64,000 bases of DNA from assembly GCA_964252595.1 (NCBI GenBank), contig CAXUNT010000012.1, positions 4,537 through 68,536 of the forward strand. Reading direction: 5' to 3'. How positions within the stretch are numbered: position 1 is the stretch's first letter; each line of letters opens with the position of its first letter. This document shows, piece after piece, positions 1 to 10,865 of this stretch. The stretch comes from an uncultured Armatimonadales bacterium (lineage in GTDB: Bacteria; Armatimonadota; Armatimonadia; Armatimonadales; Capsulimonadaceae). A program made the position numbers and the translations under genes. A model generated the notes under the pieces. The model made no database searches and was not told where the DNA came from. It was given only the letters and a program-made list of their open reading frames with translations.

Positions 1-1
1 T

Positions 2-1012
2 TCCACCGGCCCCGCCCCCGATGGCGAGGAGTACTACGCGATGGCGCTGCTGTTCGCGGCGCGGCGCTGGAGCAGCGGCCAGGGCCTCTACAATTACCAG
101 CAGCAGGCGGAAAAAATCCTGCACGGAATGCGGCATCATCCGGTGCTGACTGAGACGGGTCCATTCAAAATCCACCCGACAGACCCGCCGCCTGTGGCGA
201 ACGCGCAGAGTTTTACCAAGTTCACCAGCCCGAACACCACCGAAAGCCAGCAGGCGCAGGCAGATCTGGCGATCGAGCTCAAGGGGGAAGGCAAAACTCT
301 CCCCGATCCGGCTGCTCGGAGGCGGCGCTTCAGCGGTGGTCCGGGCACGCCGCGGCCCTCGACAACCGGGCCAATGGTGAATGAGGAGCGACACATGATC
401 CGCTTCGTGCCGGATGTCGGGCAAGGGATCACCGACGCTTCTTACCATCTGCCCGCGTTCTATGAGCTGTTCGCACGGTGGGGACCGGCGGACGACCAAG
501 AATTCTGGAACAAAGCCGCCGGAGCTAGCCGCGATCTGTTTTCCCAAGTGACGGGACCAAACACGGGACTCTCGCCGGACCGAAGCAATTTCGACATGTC
601 GCCTGCGACTGACTGGAACGGGCAGCAGCCGGTTCCGTTCAGCTATGACTCATGGCGCACGGTCAGCAACTGGTCGGTGGACTCTAGCTGGTGGCACAAG
701 GACCCACGGGAACAAGTGCTGAGCGATCGCATCCAGAAGTTCCTGATTGGCGAAGGCATCAGCACGTTCGCCGACCGCTACACTTTAGCCGGCAAACCGC
801 TGTCGTCACGGCATTCCACGGGTATGGTGGCGACGACTACGGTGGGCGGACTGGCGGCAACTCCCGGACCGAATGAACGGGCCTTTGTGGAGGAGCTGTG
901 GAGGACACCAATCCCAGTCGGCGAGCAGCGCTACTTTGACGGAATGCTTTACCTGATGAGTATGCTGCATTGCAGTGGAAAGTTCCGAATCTGGGACGCC
1001 CAAAAACCATGA
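2..1012 (+). CDS. Glycoside hydrolase family 8 (xylanase / reducing-end exo-oligoxylanase type), 3' part; the gene starts upstream of the window
   Basis: The frame is open from nt 2 ([23 protein letters not shown]...). GH8-like blocks: [52 protein letters not shown]. The stop overlaps the next start (ATGA at 1009-1012). Confidence 0.75.
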   Translation, partial: STGPAPDGEEYYAMALLFAARRWSSGQGLYNYQQQAEKILHGMRHHPVLTETGPFKIHPTDPPPVANAQSFTKFTSPNTTESQQAQADLAIELKGEGKTLPDPAARRRRFSGGPGTPRPSTTGPMVNEERHMIRFVPDVGQGITDASYHLPAFYELFARWGPADDQEFWNKAAGASRDLFSQVTGPNTGLSPDRSNFDMSPATDWNGQQPVPFSYDSWRTVSNWSVDSSWWHKDPREQVLSDRIQKFLIGEGISTFADRYTLAGKPLSSRHSTGMVATTTVGGLAATPGPNERAFVEELWRTPIPVGEQRYFDGMLYLMSMLHCSGKFRIWDAQKP

Positions 1013-3225
1013 CACGGAAGATCACATGGCTGGTAAGACACTGCCAGTGCCCGCTGATGCTGCTCCTCGGCTTGGCTTTCTTCTTCTCGCTGCTCCCTGG
1101 AACCGCAGTTCGGGCGGAAGACGGCTCGCGCTTGTGGCTGCGCTACGAGCCGCTGCCGGCGCAAAGCGTTGGAAAATACCGCACACATCTTACGGCGCTT
1201 GTGGTGCCGGGGCAGTCGGCGACTAGCCGAGCGATCCGCTCGGAGCTTTCCGCCGGCTGTGCGGGGCTGCTGGGCCGCCCAATCCCGGAAACGGCAGCGG
1301 CGGACCGGGACGGTACGGTGCTTGTGGGAACGCCGCGAAACTCGGCAATCATCGCCGGCTTGAAGCTGGACCGGCGGCTCCGCGAGCTTGGGCCGGAGGG
1401 GTTTCTGATCCGCTCCGTGAAGATCGGCTCCCACACAGCAACGGTAATTGCCTCAACCCGCGAAGTCGGCGCACTTTACGGCATGTTCCATTTTCTGCGG
1501 CTTGTGCAGACACTGCGCCCGATTGATGCCCTGAACGTCAGTGACCGGCCCCGGCTTCGCCTCCGGGTGCTGGATCACTGGGACAACCTAGACGGCTCTA
1601 TTGAGCGCGGCTACGCCGGGCGCTCCTTATGGGACTGGAAGGCGCTGCCTGGAACGGTGTCTCCACGGCTGCGCGACTACGCGCGGGCGAACGCTTCTCT
1701 CGGCATCAACGGCGCGGTTCTCAACAACGTGAACGCAAGCGCTCAAAGCCTGAGCCGGGATTACCTGATCAAGACCGCCGCGATTGCGGACGTGTTCCGA
1801 CCCTACGGCGTTCGGGTCTATTTATCCGCTCGCTTTTCTGCCCCCATTGACTTAGGCAAGCTCCCGACCGCTGACCCGCTTGATCCGCAGGTAGCGGCCT
1901 GGTGGAAGGCCAAAGCCGACGAGATTTACACACGCATCCCCGACTTTGGCGGCTTTCTAGTCAAGGCCAACAGTGAGGGCCAGCCGGGGCCGCTCACCTA
2001 CAAGCGCACGTATCCAGATGGCGCGAACATGCTCGCGGCGGCGCTCGCGCCGCACGGCGGGGTCGTGATGTGGCGTGCGTTCGTCTATGATGCTAAGCCC
2101 GGCTCCGACCGGATCGGGCAGGCGTATGACTCGCTGAAGCCGTTCGATGGCCGGTTTGCTCCGAATGTCCTGCTCCAGGTGAAGAACGGGCCGCTGGACT
2201 TTCAGCCGCGCGAGCCTTTTCACCCGCTCTTTGGAGCAATGCCGCGAACGCCGCTCATGCCTGAGCTGCAGATCACGCAGGAGTATCTGGGCCACGAAAA
2301 CCATCTCGCCTTCCTCGCGCCGATGTGGCGGGAATTCTTAGACTCGGACACAGAAGCAAACGGCCCCGGCTCAGCAGTGGCGAAAGTGGTGGACGGCAGC
2401 CTCACCCACCAAACACTGACCGGGATCGCTGGGGTGGCGAACACTGGCTCAGACACCAACTGGACGGGCCACGATTTCGCCCAGGCGAACTGGTATGCCT
2501 TTGGCCGCCTCGCCTGGAACCCCAACCTTTCGGCGCGGCAGATCGCCGGCGAGTGGGTCCGCATGACCTTCACCCAGAGCCCTCCGGCCGTGAACGTCCT
2601 CACTCGCCTGATGCTGGGATCGCGCGAAGCGGCAGTGGATGATATGACGCCGCTTGGCCTCGCCCACCAGATGTCGGAGGGCGACCACTACGGGCCGCAG
2701 CCGTGGGGAGTGCCGGGGCTGCGGCCGGACTGGAATCCACCCTACTTCAGCCATGCGGATGCTGTCGGTCTCGGCTTCGACCGCACCCTGTCCGGCAGCA
2801 ATGCCGTAAGCCAGTATTATCCGCCGGTTCGGGATCAATTCGCCGATCTGGCCACCTGCCCCGATGCCTACCTGCTCTGGTTCCATCATGTGCCGTGGGA
2901 CCACCGGATGCATTCGGGGCGGACGCTGTGGGACGCGCTTTGCCTGCACTACCAGCATGGCGTGGATTGGGTGCGAGAAGCGCAAGTAAGCTGGAAATCC
3001 GTGTCCGACGACATTGACCCGGAGCGCCGCGCCGCAGTGGCCGCGAAGCTCGTCCTCCAGGAACACGATGCCGTGCGATGGCGCGACGCCAGCCTTCTCT
3101 ACTTCCAGACATTTTCTCACCGCGCGTTCCCGTCTGGCGTGGATCAGCCGCAGCAGACATTAGAGGAACTCAAGGCCACGAACCTTTTGAGTGAGGATGA
3201 GAGCAGGAAAGATGCGAAAAAATAG
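1009..3225 (+). CDS. aguA: Alpha-glucuronidase, glycoside hydrolase family 67, secreted
   Basis: GH67 blocks: [49 protein letters not shown]. The ATG at 1009 precedes a hydrophobic signal-like segment ([36 protein letters not shown]). I preferred 1009 over the ORF-track start at 970 because it is translationally coupled to the GH8 stop. Confidence 0.9.
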   Translation: MTRKITWLVRHCQCPLMLLLGLAFFFSLLPGTAVRAEDGSRLWLRYEPLPAQSVGKYRTHLTALVVPGQSATSRAIRSELSAGCAGLLGRPIPETAAADRDGTVLVGTPRNSAIIAGLKLDRRLRELGPEGFLIRSVKIGSHTATVIASTREVGALYGMFHFLRLVQTLRPIDALNVSDRPRLRLRVLDHWDNLDGSIERGYAGRSLWDWKALPGTVSPRLRDYARANASLGINGAVLNNVNASAQSLSRDYLIKTAAIADVFRPYGVRVYLSARFSAPIDLGKLPTADPLDPQVAAWWKAKADEIYTRIPDFGGFLVKANSEGQPGPLTYKRTYPDGANMLAAALAPHGGVVMWRAFVYDAKPGSDRIGQAYDSLKPFDGRFAPNVLLQVKNGPLDFQPREPFHPLFGAMPRTPLMPELQITQEYLGHENHLAFLAPMWREFLDSDTEANGPGSAVAKVVDGSLTHQTLTGIAGVANTGSDTNWTGHDFAQANWYAFGRLAWNPNLSARQIAGEWVRMTFTQSPPAVNVLTRLMLGSREAAVDDMTPLGLAHQMSEGDHYGPQPWGVPGLRPDWNPPYFSHADAVGLGFDRTLSGSNAVSQYYPPVRDQFADLATCPDAYLLWFHHVPWDHRMHSGRTLWDALCLHYQHGVDWVREAQVSWKSVSDDIDPERRAAVAAKLVLQEHDAVRWRDASLLYFQTFSHRAFPSGVDQPQQTLEELKATNLLSEDESRKDAKK

Positions 3226-4435
3226 GTTGACACGCAGCCTGCTGAGGCTGATTTGCATGGTGATCGGCGGCCTCTCGCCGACGTTTAGGCCGCCCGCTTC
3301 CCTCGCGGCCCCGGCCCCGCATTGGGTAGGAACCTGGGAAACTTCGCCGCAGCTCATCGAGCCGAACAACATGCCGCCTGCTCCCGGTCTCGCCGATACG
3401 ACTTTGCGCCAGGTCATTCATGTGACCCTCGGCGGACGGCAGATGCGGGTGGTGTTTTCCAATGCTTACGGGAGTGCCTCGGTGTCCCTCCTAAACGCCC
3501 ATGTGGCCGTATCCGCCGGCGGCAGCGCGATCCGCCCGGACACCGACAAGGCGCTGACCTTCCACGGTGCGGCCTCCGTCACCATCCCCCCCGGTGCGCC
3601 TATCCTCTCCGACCCGCTTGATTTCCCGCTCGCCCCGCAGTCTGACCTGACGATTACCCTCTATGTCCGTGACCCGGCGGCTCAGGTCACAGGCCATCCG
3701 GGGTCGCGTGCCACGTCTTACCTAGCTCCGGGGAACGCTGTTTCCGCCCTGTCTCTGCCGAATGCACAGACGGTCACGCATTGGTATTACTTGTTTGGCG
3801 TGGATGTTGCAGCGGAGCCGCACGCCGCCGCCGTCGTTGCCCTCGGCGACTCGATCACCGACGGGCGTGGGTCCACCACTGATGGCAACGACCGCTGGCC
3901 GGACACGCTTGCCCGGCGCCTGCTCACGAACCGGGAGACGGCCAGCGTCGCGGTGCTGAACGCCGGGATCGGCGGCAATCACCTGCTCCATGACGGGCTG
4001 GGACCGAGCGCACTGGCACGCCTGGACAGGGACGTCCTAGCCCAGCCAGGCGTCCGCTGGATGATTTTGTTCGAAGGCATCAACGATCTTGGAGGACACG
4101 CACCCGCGCAGGACGTGATCGGGGCCGACGCGCAGATCATCGCGCGGGCGCACGCGCGGGACATCCGCGTGTACGGAGCGACGATCACGCCCTGTGGTGC
4201 GTCCTTTTATGCGTCTCCGGAGCTCGAAGCAGCGCGGCAAGCAATGAATACATGGATGCGGACCAGCGGGTCGTTTGACGGCGTAATTGACTTTGACGCG
4301 GCTGTACGCGACCCAAACAATCCTTCCCGCTTGCGTGCCGACGCGGACGGCGGCGACCACTTGCACCTAAACCCGCTGGGCTACCGGCGAATGGCCGGAG
4401 CGGTTGATCTCAGTCTGTTTGCATCTAACAAATAG
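3212..4435 (+). CDS. SGNH/GDSL-family hydrolase (probable carbohydrate/acetyl-xylan esterase), secreted
   Basis: GDSITDG block I, GINDL block, and C-terminal [13 protein letters not shown] (DxxH). Signal-like N-terminus from the ATG at 3212. The exact start is uncertain (GTG 3191 and ATG 3197 are also in frame). Confidence 0.8.
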   Translation: MRKNRLTRSLLRLICMVIGGLSPTFRPPASLAAPAPHWVGTWETSPQLIEPNNMPPAPGLADTTLRQVIHVTLGGRQMRVVFSNAYGSASVSLLNAHVAVSAGGSAIRPDTDKALTFHGAASVTIPPGAPILSDPLDFPLAPQSDLTITLYVRDPAAQVTGHPGSRATSYLAPGNAVSALSLPNAQTVTHWYYLFGVDVAAEPHAAAVVALGDSITDGRGSTTDGNDRWPDTLARRLLTNRETASVAVLNAGIGGNHLLHDGLGPSALARLDRDVLAQPGVRWMILFEGINDLGGHAPAQDVIGADAQIIARAHARDIRVYGATITPCGASFYASPELEAARQAMNTWMRTSGSFDGVIDFDAAVRDPNNPSRLRADADGGDHLHLNPLGYRRMAGAVDLSLFASNK

Positions 4436-4461
4436 CCTAGAGTACGCTCTTGCTGTAACCA

Positions 4462-4508
4462 TTTTTCCTGCCAAAACAAACCCGGAAAGAATTGTGTTGG
4501 CAGGAAAA
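4462..4508. terminator. Hairpin between convergent genes; probable bidirectional terminator
   Basis: Perfect 12-bp inverted repeat TTTTCCTGCCAA ... TTGGCAGGAAAA (4463-4474 / 4497-4508), flanked by A/T runs. It lies between the SGNH stop (4435) and the GH10 stop (4520). Confidence 0.6.
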
Positions 4509-4519
4509 CAAAGGAAGAA

Positions 4520-5848
4520 CTACTTCGAGTTCAGCCCGCTTCCCTGGGCGACTTGAACTACTGCATTAAAGGCCGGTTTTGGCTGGTCGCTGCTGCTAAA
4601 CAGCAGTGGCTTGCCGTCGGCACGCCAGGAAATCCCATCGTTGACACCCCAAAAGGTGACAACTTTTACTTGTTTGTGCTTGAGAAACGCTTTAAAGAGA
4701 TTTGCATATTGATCGGCCAGCCGCTGATCGGCATCACTCACAAGGCCGCCCTGGGTCGTCGCCCCATTGTTTGCGACATCCGCCCCGGCATTGCCCTGGC
4801 CGGCCTGAGCGCCGTTCACGTCAAGTTCCGTAACGTGGATGGGGAGGCCAAGTGTCTCCAGGTCGGTCAGCTCCTGGTCTTCTTCCTGGAATGAGGGCGA
4901 GGAAACACTGACATGCGTCTGCGTGCCGAGCGCCATCACCGGGACTTTTTCCGCCTGCAACTGCTTGACCAGAGCGATAAAGCGCTGGCGCTTGTCCAGG
5001 TTTTCCAGGCCATAGTCATTAAGGCGCAGGATCGCCTGGGGATCGGCCTCATGGGCGTATTGGAACGCTTTGGCGATGAAGTCCGGCCCGATGATTTGCA
5101 GCCACAGCGAGTTTCGCAGCATGTTCGGGCCGCCGTCGGCGATACATTCATTGACCACATCCCAGACTTTGATCTTGCCTTTGTACCGGCCCACGACCGT
5201 GTCAATATGGTCATGCATCCTCTGAAGCAGCTCTTCGCGTGTCGCACGCGGCCCCGTGTAGCCGAAACGGCGTCCAAACCGGCGGCGAACCGGATTTGCT
5301 GCGGCTCCATTGGCGGGAAGTGCCGCTCCATTGGCGGGAAGTGCCGCTCCATTGGCGGGAGGTGCCGGCGCCGGGGCAGGCGGGGGCGCCACATCAGGCG
5401 ACGGAACGGTTCCGCTGAAGACCCAGTCAGGAGTTTGCCCGTGCCAGACAAGCGTGTGTCCGACGATGAACATGTGGTTCTTGACGCCGAAATCCACATA
5501 AGCGTCAGCCGGGCCGAAGTTATAGCCGTCCGCACCTTCCCGCGGCTGAATGGACTCCCACTTCAGGTCATTCTCCGGGGAAATCTGGTTGAACTGCTGC
5601 TTTGTCAGTGCGACGTCTTTGCTGACCATTTCCGATGTCCGACCGCCGAAGCCCGACGCTTCGCCGGTGACAACGGAGCGGTTGATGGCGACGCCAACAT
5701 AAAAGTGACCCTTGTAAGCGTCTTTAAGGGACGGTGCTTGGCTGGACTGCGCGGCGGCGCTCGTGGCAAGAAAAAGTGTCGTGAGCAAGCCCAGGTGCAG
5801 TCTGCCGGCTTGCAGGGCGAGGCTGGGTCGAGAAGTCTTAAAAGTCAT
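4520..5848 (-). CDS. Endo-1,4-beta-xylanase, glycoside hydrolase family 10, secreted, with a low-complexity loop insertion
   Basis: GH10 catalytic blocks KVWDVVNEC and IHVTELDV. Signal peptide ...LATSAAAQS. Carries a Pro/Ala-rich insertion with a PANGAAL x3 repeat. Confidence 0.9.
   Translation of the reverse strand: MTFKTSRPSLALQAGRLHLGLLTTLFLATSAAAQSSQAPSLKDAYKGHFYVGVAINRSVVTGEASGFGGRTSEMVSKDVALTKQQFNQISPENDLKWESIQPREGADGYNFGPADAYVDFGVKNHMFIVGHTLVWHGQTPDWVFSGTVPSPDVAPPPAPAPAPPANGAALPANGAALPANGAAANPVRRRFGRRFGYTGPRATREELLQRMHDHIDTVVGRYKGKIKVWDVVNECIADGGPNMLRNSLWLQIIGPDFIAKAFQYAHEADPQAILRLNDYGLENLDKRQRFIALVKQLQAEKVPVMALGTQTHVSVSSPSFQEEDQELTDLETLGLPIHVTELDVNGAQAGQGNAGADVANNGATTQGGLVSDADQRLADQYANLFKAFLKHKQVKVVTFWGVNDGISWRADGKPLLFSSSDQPKPAFNAVVQVAQGSGLNSK
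5304..5366 (-). repeat. In-frame tandem repeat, 3 x 21 bp (GCTCCATTGGCGGGAAGTGCC), inside the GH10 gene
   Basis: Units at 5304-5324, 5325-5345 and 5346-5366. The first two are identical and the third has one substitution. Encodes PANGAAL PANGAAL PANGAA on the minus strand. Confidence 0.95.
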
Positions 5849-5891
5849 TGTTGAAAACCTTTCTGTATCAAGTTTCTGTCAGGAACATTCC

Positions 5892-7973
5892 TCATCTTGC
5901 CGCAAACTCGTAGATGCTGACACTGAAGCGCGGGAGCGTCAGGGAATGAGGAACCGAAGCCACCGGCGAGCTGCTGATGGCTGGGTTCTGACCGCTGGCT
6001 TCGGCAGATGACAGTCGCCAGAGAGTGCCGCTGCCGGTAAGATTTGCACCGGCCAGGCTTAGTGTGAGCGGCTGCTCCACGTCCGTAGGATTCAGAACCG
6101 CCACTGTCAGCGCATGGTGATCGGCTGTCCAGGCGGCGACGACATCCACTGGGAACGTGGCGCTGCCGGCATTGACCACGGGCTGCTCACCGCCCGGCGG
6201 GTCGGTTGGCTTAGGCTGCGGGGAGCTGCCGGAAACATCCACCGGGATCGTGCCGAAATGGTCCCGGTAGATCTTAAAGACCAGCGCGTTGCTGTTGAGC
6301 GAATTGGTCGTCCCGTCCTGCTTCAGCATGGATGTGGCGAACGTGTAGGCGGCCATCTGCATGATGTCGCTGTGCCGGAACATCTCATGAAAGACCAGGG
6401 CAAGAGCCGGATAGACAGGGTAACGGTCGCTGGGCGTGTATGCCCACTCGTCAATGTTCAGCGGCTTGGGGTGGGTGACAAGCTGCGGGAACAGCTTCTC
6501 GTATTCTTTGTATTCCTCGTACTTGAGGCGGACATGATTGGCCGGACGACGCATCCAGTCCGTGACCGGCTCATTGGGATCGTTCGGGATTTGACGCCCT
6601 TCCGCCAAATTGAAATGTGTCCCGCCATAATTGTAATAATGCTCACTAAGCAGATCAAAGTCGTCGAAGCACTTGGAGAACAGCATCCCATCCCAGTCCC
6701 CCGGAGAAAGATACGGCGGGACAAGGTCCTTGCCCAGACTTAAAGACTCTTTGGAGCCTGTCATCGTGTCCGGCATGGCACCGCTGGCGATCAGCACAAT
6801 GGACGGGTCTTTCTTCCGCATGGCGGCTGCAAACTCATTCTGCTTGAACGCATATTGATCGGGCTTCATAGCGCCGTACTGGTAGCTGATGCCCCACATC
6901 TCGTTGCCGACGCCCCAGAACTTGACATGATAGGGTGCAGGATGGCCGTTCGCCGCCCGCTGTCTGCCCATCGGCGTGCTGGCGTCGCCATTTGTATATT
7001 CGACGTACTGGGCGGCAGACCAGGCGTCCCCGGTGCCGGCGTTGACGGCAATGTACGGCTCGACGTCAATCAGCTTGCAAAACGTCATAAACTCGTCGGT
7101 GCCGATGTCATTGGGTTGCAGCGCGTTCCAGACCGGGTCCAAGACGGGCGGACGTTTATCCGGGTCGCCAATCGCGCGGCGCCATTCATGCGCGGAAACA
7201 TAGTTGCCGCCGGGAAACCGGTAAACGCCGGAATGCAGGCTCCTCAGCGCCGCCACCGAGTCGGGCCGGAAGCCGCTGAGATTGTCCTCCGGCATCAAAG
7301 ACACCGCGCCGACATGAAATGAGCCGGCTCCGGTGCCGACGATCTCGAACTGAGCCGGGCCGGATTGCTCGGCCTTGAACGCAAAGAGAATCTTCTTGTA
7401 GTTTGCCCCTACCGATGGAAGCGGAACAATCTGGCGCACAGCGCTTAGCTCGGTGCCCCAGACAATGTTGATGGCGACCTTTGCCGCGGGATCGCCGGCA
7501 AGCTGAATGCGGCCCTTGTAAGCTGTTCCCTGGGCAAACTTTACACCTGTCTGACGGATACCGCGAGGCTCCGCGCCGGCAAGCGGGATTTGCGGCGTGT
7601 GGTCGCCGGTGAAGGGGTTGTGGGTATCCATCGTCACCGAATCAGCCGGGCCGACGGAATTCCAGCGTCCGGGGCCGACGCCGCGCCTGCGGCTCGGACC
7701 GCCCCCCACCCGATTCTGGTTCTGGTTAGGATCAACTGGGGGCGCGGGCTGGACAGCATAATAAAATTTACGGTCATCCAGCATTTCGGTCCAAAGACCA
7801 GTATAGATCAGATTGCCGGCATGTTCCAGAAACTGCCCGTAGAGATACGGGGAGATAGATGGCCCGGATTTCGAGGCATCCACCGTCGCGGTCACGCCCT
7901 GGCCCAAAGCAGGTGCTTGGAACCTTCCAGCCAGAGTCGTGAAAAGCAGCAAACAGAAAAAGATCGTCTTCAT
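5892..7973 (-). CDS. Alpha-L-arabinofuranosidase, glycoside hydrolase family 51, secreted
   Basis: YLYGQFLEHAGNLIYTGLW, FPGGNYVSAHEW, FWGVGNEMWG. The ATG at 7973 gives MKTIFFCLLLFTTLAG..., a signal peptide. The ORF-track start at 8213 would overlap the upstream GH3 3' end. Confidence 0.9.
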   Translation of the reverse strand: MKTIFFCLLLFTTLAGRFQAPALGQGVTATVDASKSGPSISPYLYGQFLEHAGNLIYTGLWTEMLDDRKFYYAVQPAPPVDPNQNQNRVGGGPSRRRGVGPGRWNSVGPADSVTMDTHNPFTGDHTPQIPLAGAEPRGIRQTGVKFAQGTAYKGRIQLAGDPAAKVAINIVWGTELSAVRQIVPLPSVGANYKKILFAFKAEQSGPAQFEIVGTGAGSFHVGAVSLMPEDNLSGFRPDSVAALRSLHSGVYRFPGGNYVSAHEWRRAIGDPDKRPPVLDPVWNALQPNDIGTDEFMTFCKLIDVEPYIAVNAGTGDAWSAAQYVEYTNGDASTPMGRQRAANGHPAPYHVKFWGVGNEMWGISYQYGAMKPDQYAFKQNEFAAAMRKKDPSIVLIASGAMPDTMTGSKESLSLGKDLVPPYLSPGDWDGMLFSKCFDDFDLLSEHYYNYGGTHFNLAEGRQIPNDPNEPVTDWMRRPANHVRLKYEEYKEYEKLFPQLVTHPKPLNIDEWAYTPSDRYPVYPALALVFHEMFRHSDIMQMAAYTFATSMLKQDGTTNSLNSNALVFKIYRDHFGTIPVDVSGSSPQPKPTDPPGGEQPVVNAGSATFPVDVVAAWTADHHALTVAVLNPTDVEQPLTLSLAGANLTGSGTLWRLSSAEASGQNPAISSSPVASVPHSLTLPRFSVSIYEFAAR

Positions 7974-8017
7974 AAGTGTCAGTGTGTCTTTCGTTGGTCT
8001 GAAACGCGGGTGCGATG

Positions 8018-10778
8018 TCACGGTGCTGTTACGGTGACGATCTGCCGGGCGCGGATGTCGGCGGAGGATGCACCGATCTGAAGCTCGTAAGAGCCAGGCT
8101 CCACGACGTATGCTTTTCTGGCGACGTCCCAGTACCGGAACTGCGCGGACGAGACAGTCAGGGTCGCCGTTCGCGTCTGCCCGCTGGGGATAGACACGCG
8201 CTGGAAGGTGCACAGGCTGCGAATGGGCTGCGGGACGGCCGAATTGACGTGCCGGACATAGACTTGGACAATTTCATCACCGTCCCGTGCCCCGGTGTTG
8301 CGTACCGGCACCGTCACTCGGAGCGTGCTGGCGGGGCCGAGCTGCCGGGCGCTGAAGCGCGGCTTGCCGTAGGAGAAGCTGGTATAGCTCAGGCCGTAGC
8401 CAAATGGGAACAGAGCTTTTCCGGCGTAATAGCGGTAGGTGCGGCCAGCCATGCTGTAGTTTTGGAAGTCCGGCAGGTCCGCTGTGGACGCATAAAACGT
8501 CACCGGCAGTCGCCCGGCGGGGTTGTAGCGGCCCAGCAGGACATCGGCGACGGCGGTTCCTCCGTTCTCGCCGGGATACCAGGCTTGAAGGATCGCGGCC
8601 AGGTGATCCGCTTCCCAAGAAATCGCCATCGCGCTGCCGCTGCAATTGACAAACCCGACCGGTTTGCCAGTCGCGCTCAGGGCCTTGAGAAGATCTTCTT
8701 GCACCTGCGGCAGCTCAATGCGCGTGCGGTCGCCGCCCGTAAAGCCTACCATCGTCACCCGCATTTCTTCCCCTTCCAGCCTTGCCGAGATGCCGCCAAC
8801 ATAAATGATCACATCGGCATTCTTCGCTGCTTCCAGCGCCTGCTGGTATTCTATGGAACTCGGATCGAACGTGTCCGTGGCATTGACGGCCAGCGGGCAG
8901 CCGCGAGCGTAGGTAACTTCTACCCCCGTGCCGAAGCCGTCTTTGAGACCTTGCAGGATGCTGACCGGGTGCGACGCCGACCCGTTATAGTTGCCGTGCA
9001 GCATCTAGGTGTCGGTGGCGTTGGCCCCAATTACCGCCACGCGCCTGAGCTTCGCGGGGTCCAGCGGCAGCAGGCCGTTGTTTTTCAGCAGCACCATAGA
9101 CTCGTGGGCGGCTCGCAGTGCCAGAGCGCTGTTTTGAGACAGATCATTGTCCGCCGCCGTGATCTTTGCGTAGGCGTAGGTCGGCGGGTCGAAAAGGCCC
9201 AGCCGGAAGCGCTCTGTCAGAACACGTCCCAGGGCCGTGTTGACCTCGCCTTCGGAGATCAGCCCGCTGTGGACGGCCGCGACCAATGCGTTGTAAGTGC
9301 CGCCGCAGTTGAGGTCGGTTCCGGCTTTGACGGCGTCCGCCGCAGCTTGTTCGCGGGTATCGGCCATAGTGATGGCCGCTGACAATGTCACCCACGGCAT
9401 CACAGTCGGAGACGACATAGCCCTGAAAGCCCCATTGATCCCGCAGCAGGTCGGTCAGCAGCCACTTGTCTGCCGGAGCGGGAACACCGTTGATGGCGTT
9501 GTAGGCGCTCATCACCTGGCCGACATGGCCTTCGCGTACGGCGGCCTCGAACTGGGGCAGGTAGGTCTCGTACAGATCGCGCTCCGGCGGATGGACATCG
9601 AACCGGTGGCGCAGAGGCTCAGGGCCGCTGTGAACGGCAAAATGCTTGGCGCAGGCGACGGCTTTCAGATACTGCGGGTCATTGCCCTGCATCCCCTGAA
9701 TAAAAGCAACGCCCATCCGGGCAGTCAGATAAGGGTCTTCCCCGTAGGTCTCTTGACCACGGCCCCAGCGTGGGTCACGAAAGATGTTGATATTGGGGGA
9801 CCAAATGGTCAGCCCGTTAAATAAGCCGTGATCGCCCTTGACTCCTTTGGCGTTGAACTTGGCCCGCGCTTCCGTCGAGACCACATCGCCGATGGCGTGA
9901 ACCAAAGGTACGTCCCAGGTCGCAGCATTGCCGATGGCCTGGGGAAACACAGTCGCGATCCCTTCATTGGCGATCCCATGCAGCCCCTCGCTCCAGTAGT
10001 TGTAGGCAGGAACGCCCAGCCGGGGAATAGCCGGAGCGCTGTTTTGGAGCTGCGCGGTTTTCTCTTCCAGCGTCATTTGTCCAATCAAGCTTGACACCCG
10101 CGCCGCCAGCGGCTGTGACACATCGCGATATGCCTGCGTTCCCGTCGGCGCGGCCCCGGCATCCTGTGCCAAAACAGGCAAGGGGATGCCGACCTCGCGG
10201 TTCCCCTGCTCCTCGACGACGGTAGTGCCTCGGTGATCGAGATGGCCATCCTGGTGCTGCCCCAGGCCGTAGATCGCTTCCCCTGGTGCCAGCTCAAAAG
10301 CGTCTTCGGCCAGGTACGAGGCTTCGGGGATGCTTGGAGCCGGGCCTGGAAGCACGACGGGAGTAAGGGCACGGACGCCGGGCGCTTCTCCCAAGACTTG
10401 CTGCCCGGAAGCGTTCAGGAACCGGACCGCGCCTGTTCTTCGGTCAACACGCGCCCGGAGGTGCCCCGCCGCAAGCGTCACCGAGCCAGCATCGGTCAAG
10501 ACCCGGAACGCCGCCTGCGGTCCGCCTGTGATCAGGACCGGGACACGCTGGGGTGGAAAAACGCCGTCCGCGCTGTCGCGGACACGAATGGCGTCCGGGG
10601 CCAGGACCTGGAGCCGGAGCGTATCACGGCCCAATGAGAGGGTTATCCCATCGGGCTGTTTCTGTACGGATTGCACCTGCTGGGCATGGGCATGAGGGCC
10701 GAGTGCAAGGCTACAGGCTGCAAGGACGGCAGTGGCGCGAACACGCCCGGCGGCACACTTTGTTCTTGTTAGTCTCAT
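8018..10778 (-). pseudogene. Disrupted glycoside hydrolase family 3 (beta-xylosidase/beta-glucosidase type) gene with a GH31-like 5' fragment fused in frame
   Basis: GH3 homology is split over three ORFs: 9144-10778, 9005-9418 and 8018-9004. A frameshift lies between ...SDCDAVGDIVSGHHY (ends about 9366) and ADTREQAAADAVKAGTDLNCGG (starts about 9364). An in-frame TAG at 9005-9007 sits between ...VAVIGANATDT and MLHGNYNGS. The N-terminal ~200 aa (about 10178-10778) look like a GH31 N-terminal domain (...EAIYGLGQHQDGHLDHRGTTVV..QGN). Confidence 0.75.
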
Positions 10779-10865
10779 TTTAATAGCGTTAGCGCCCCTA
10801 TAATAGCGTCAGTGCCTTCAGGTGAGTGTGGCCTCCCTGGCTGATTAGGAGCAGGGAGAAGCCTC

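Noticed and set aside
970-1008. The upstream start (970) for the GH67 gene given by the ORF track.
   Set aside because: It would overlap the GH8 3' end by 43 nt and place 13 non-signal residues before the signal peptide. The ATG at 1009 forms an ATGA stop/start overlap typical of coupled genes.
5304-5366. Short perfect tandem repeats (here, and at 14528-14576 and 34473-34502) as a possible CRISPR or minisatellite array.
   Set aside because: The units are contiguous with no spacers, number only 2-3 copies, have lengths that are multiples of 3, and lie in frame inside well-supported CDSs.
7974-8213. The 80-codon N-terminal extension of the GH51 ORF (track start 8213).
   Set aside because: It overlaps the 3' end of the upstream GH3 reading frame and is Arg/Pro-rich with no homology. 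The internal ATG at 7973 gives a textbook signal peptide directly followed by the conserved GH51 N-terminus.
9005-9007. The in-frame TAG in the GH3 gene as programmed recoding (pyrrolysine or read-through).
   Set aside because: TAG is used as an ordinary stop by neighbouring genes (for example 4433-4435 and 48432-48434). No pyl genes or recoding signals are visible. The same gene also has a frameshift, so a nonsense mutation or a sequencing error is the simpler explanation.
8015-9382. Long antisense ORFs opposite homology-supported genes. Examples: 8015-9382(+), 11538-12626(+), 14220-15473(+), 19390-20421(+), 21631-22827(+), 35828-37021(-), 45611-46483(-), 50790-51827(-), 56024-57271(-), 63295-63978(-).
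   Set aside because: These are typical GC-rich shadow ORFs: Arg/Gly/Pro/Ala-rich translations, no recognisable motifs, no RBS, and complete overlap with genes that have strong family signatures on the other strand.
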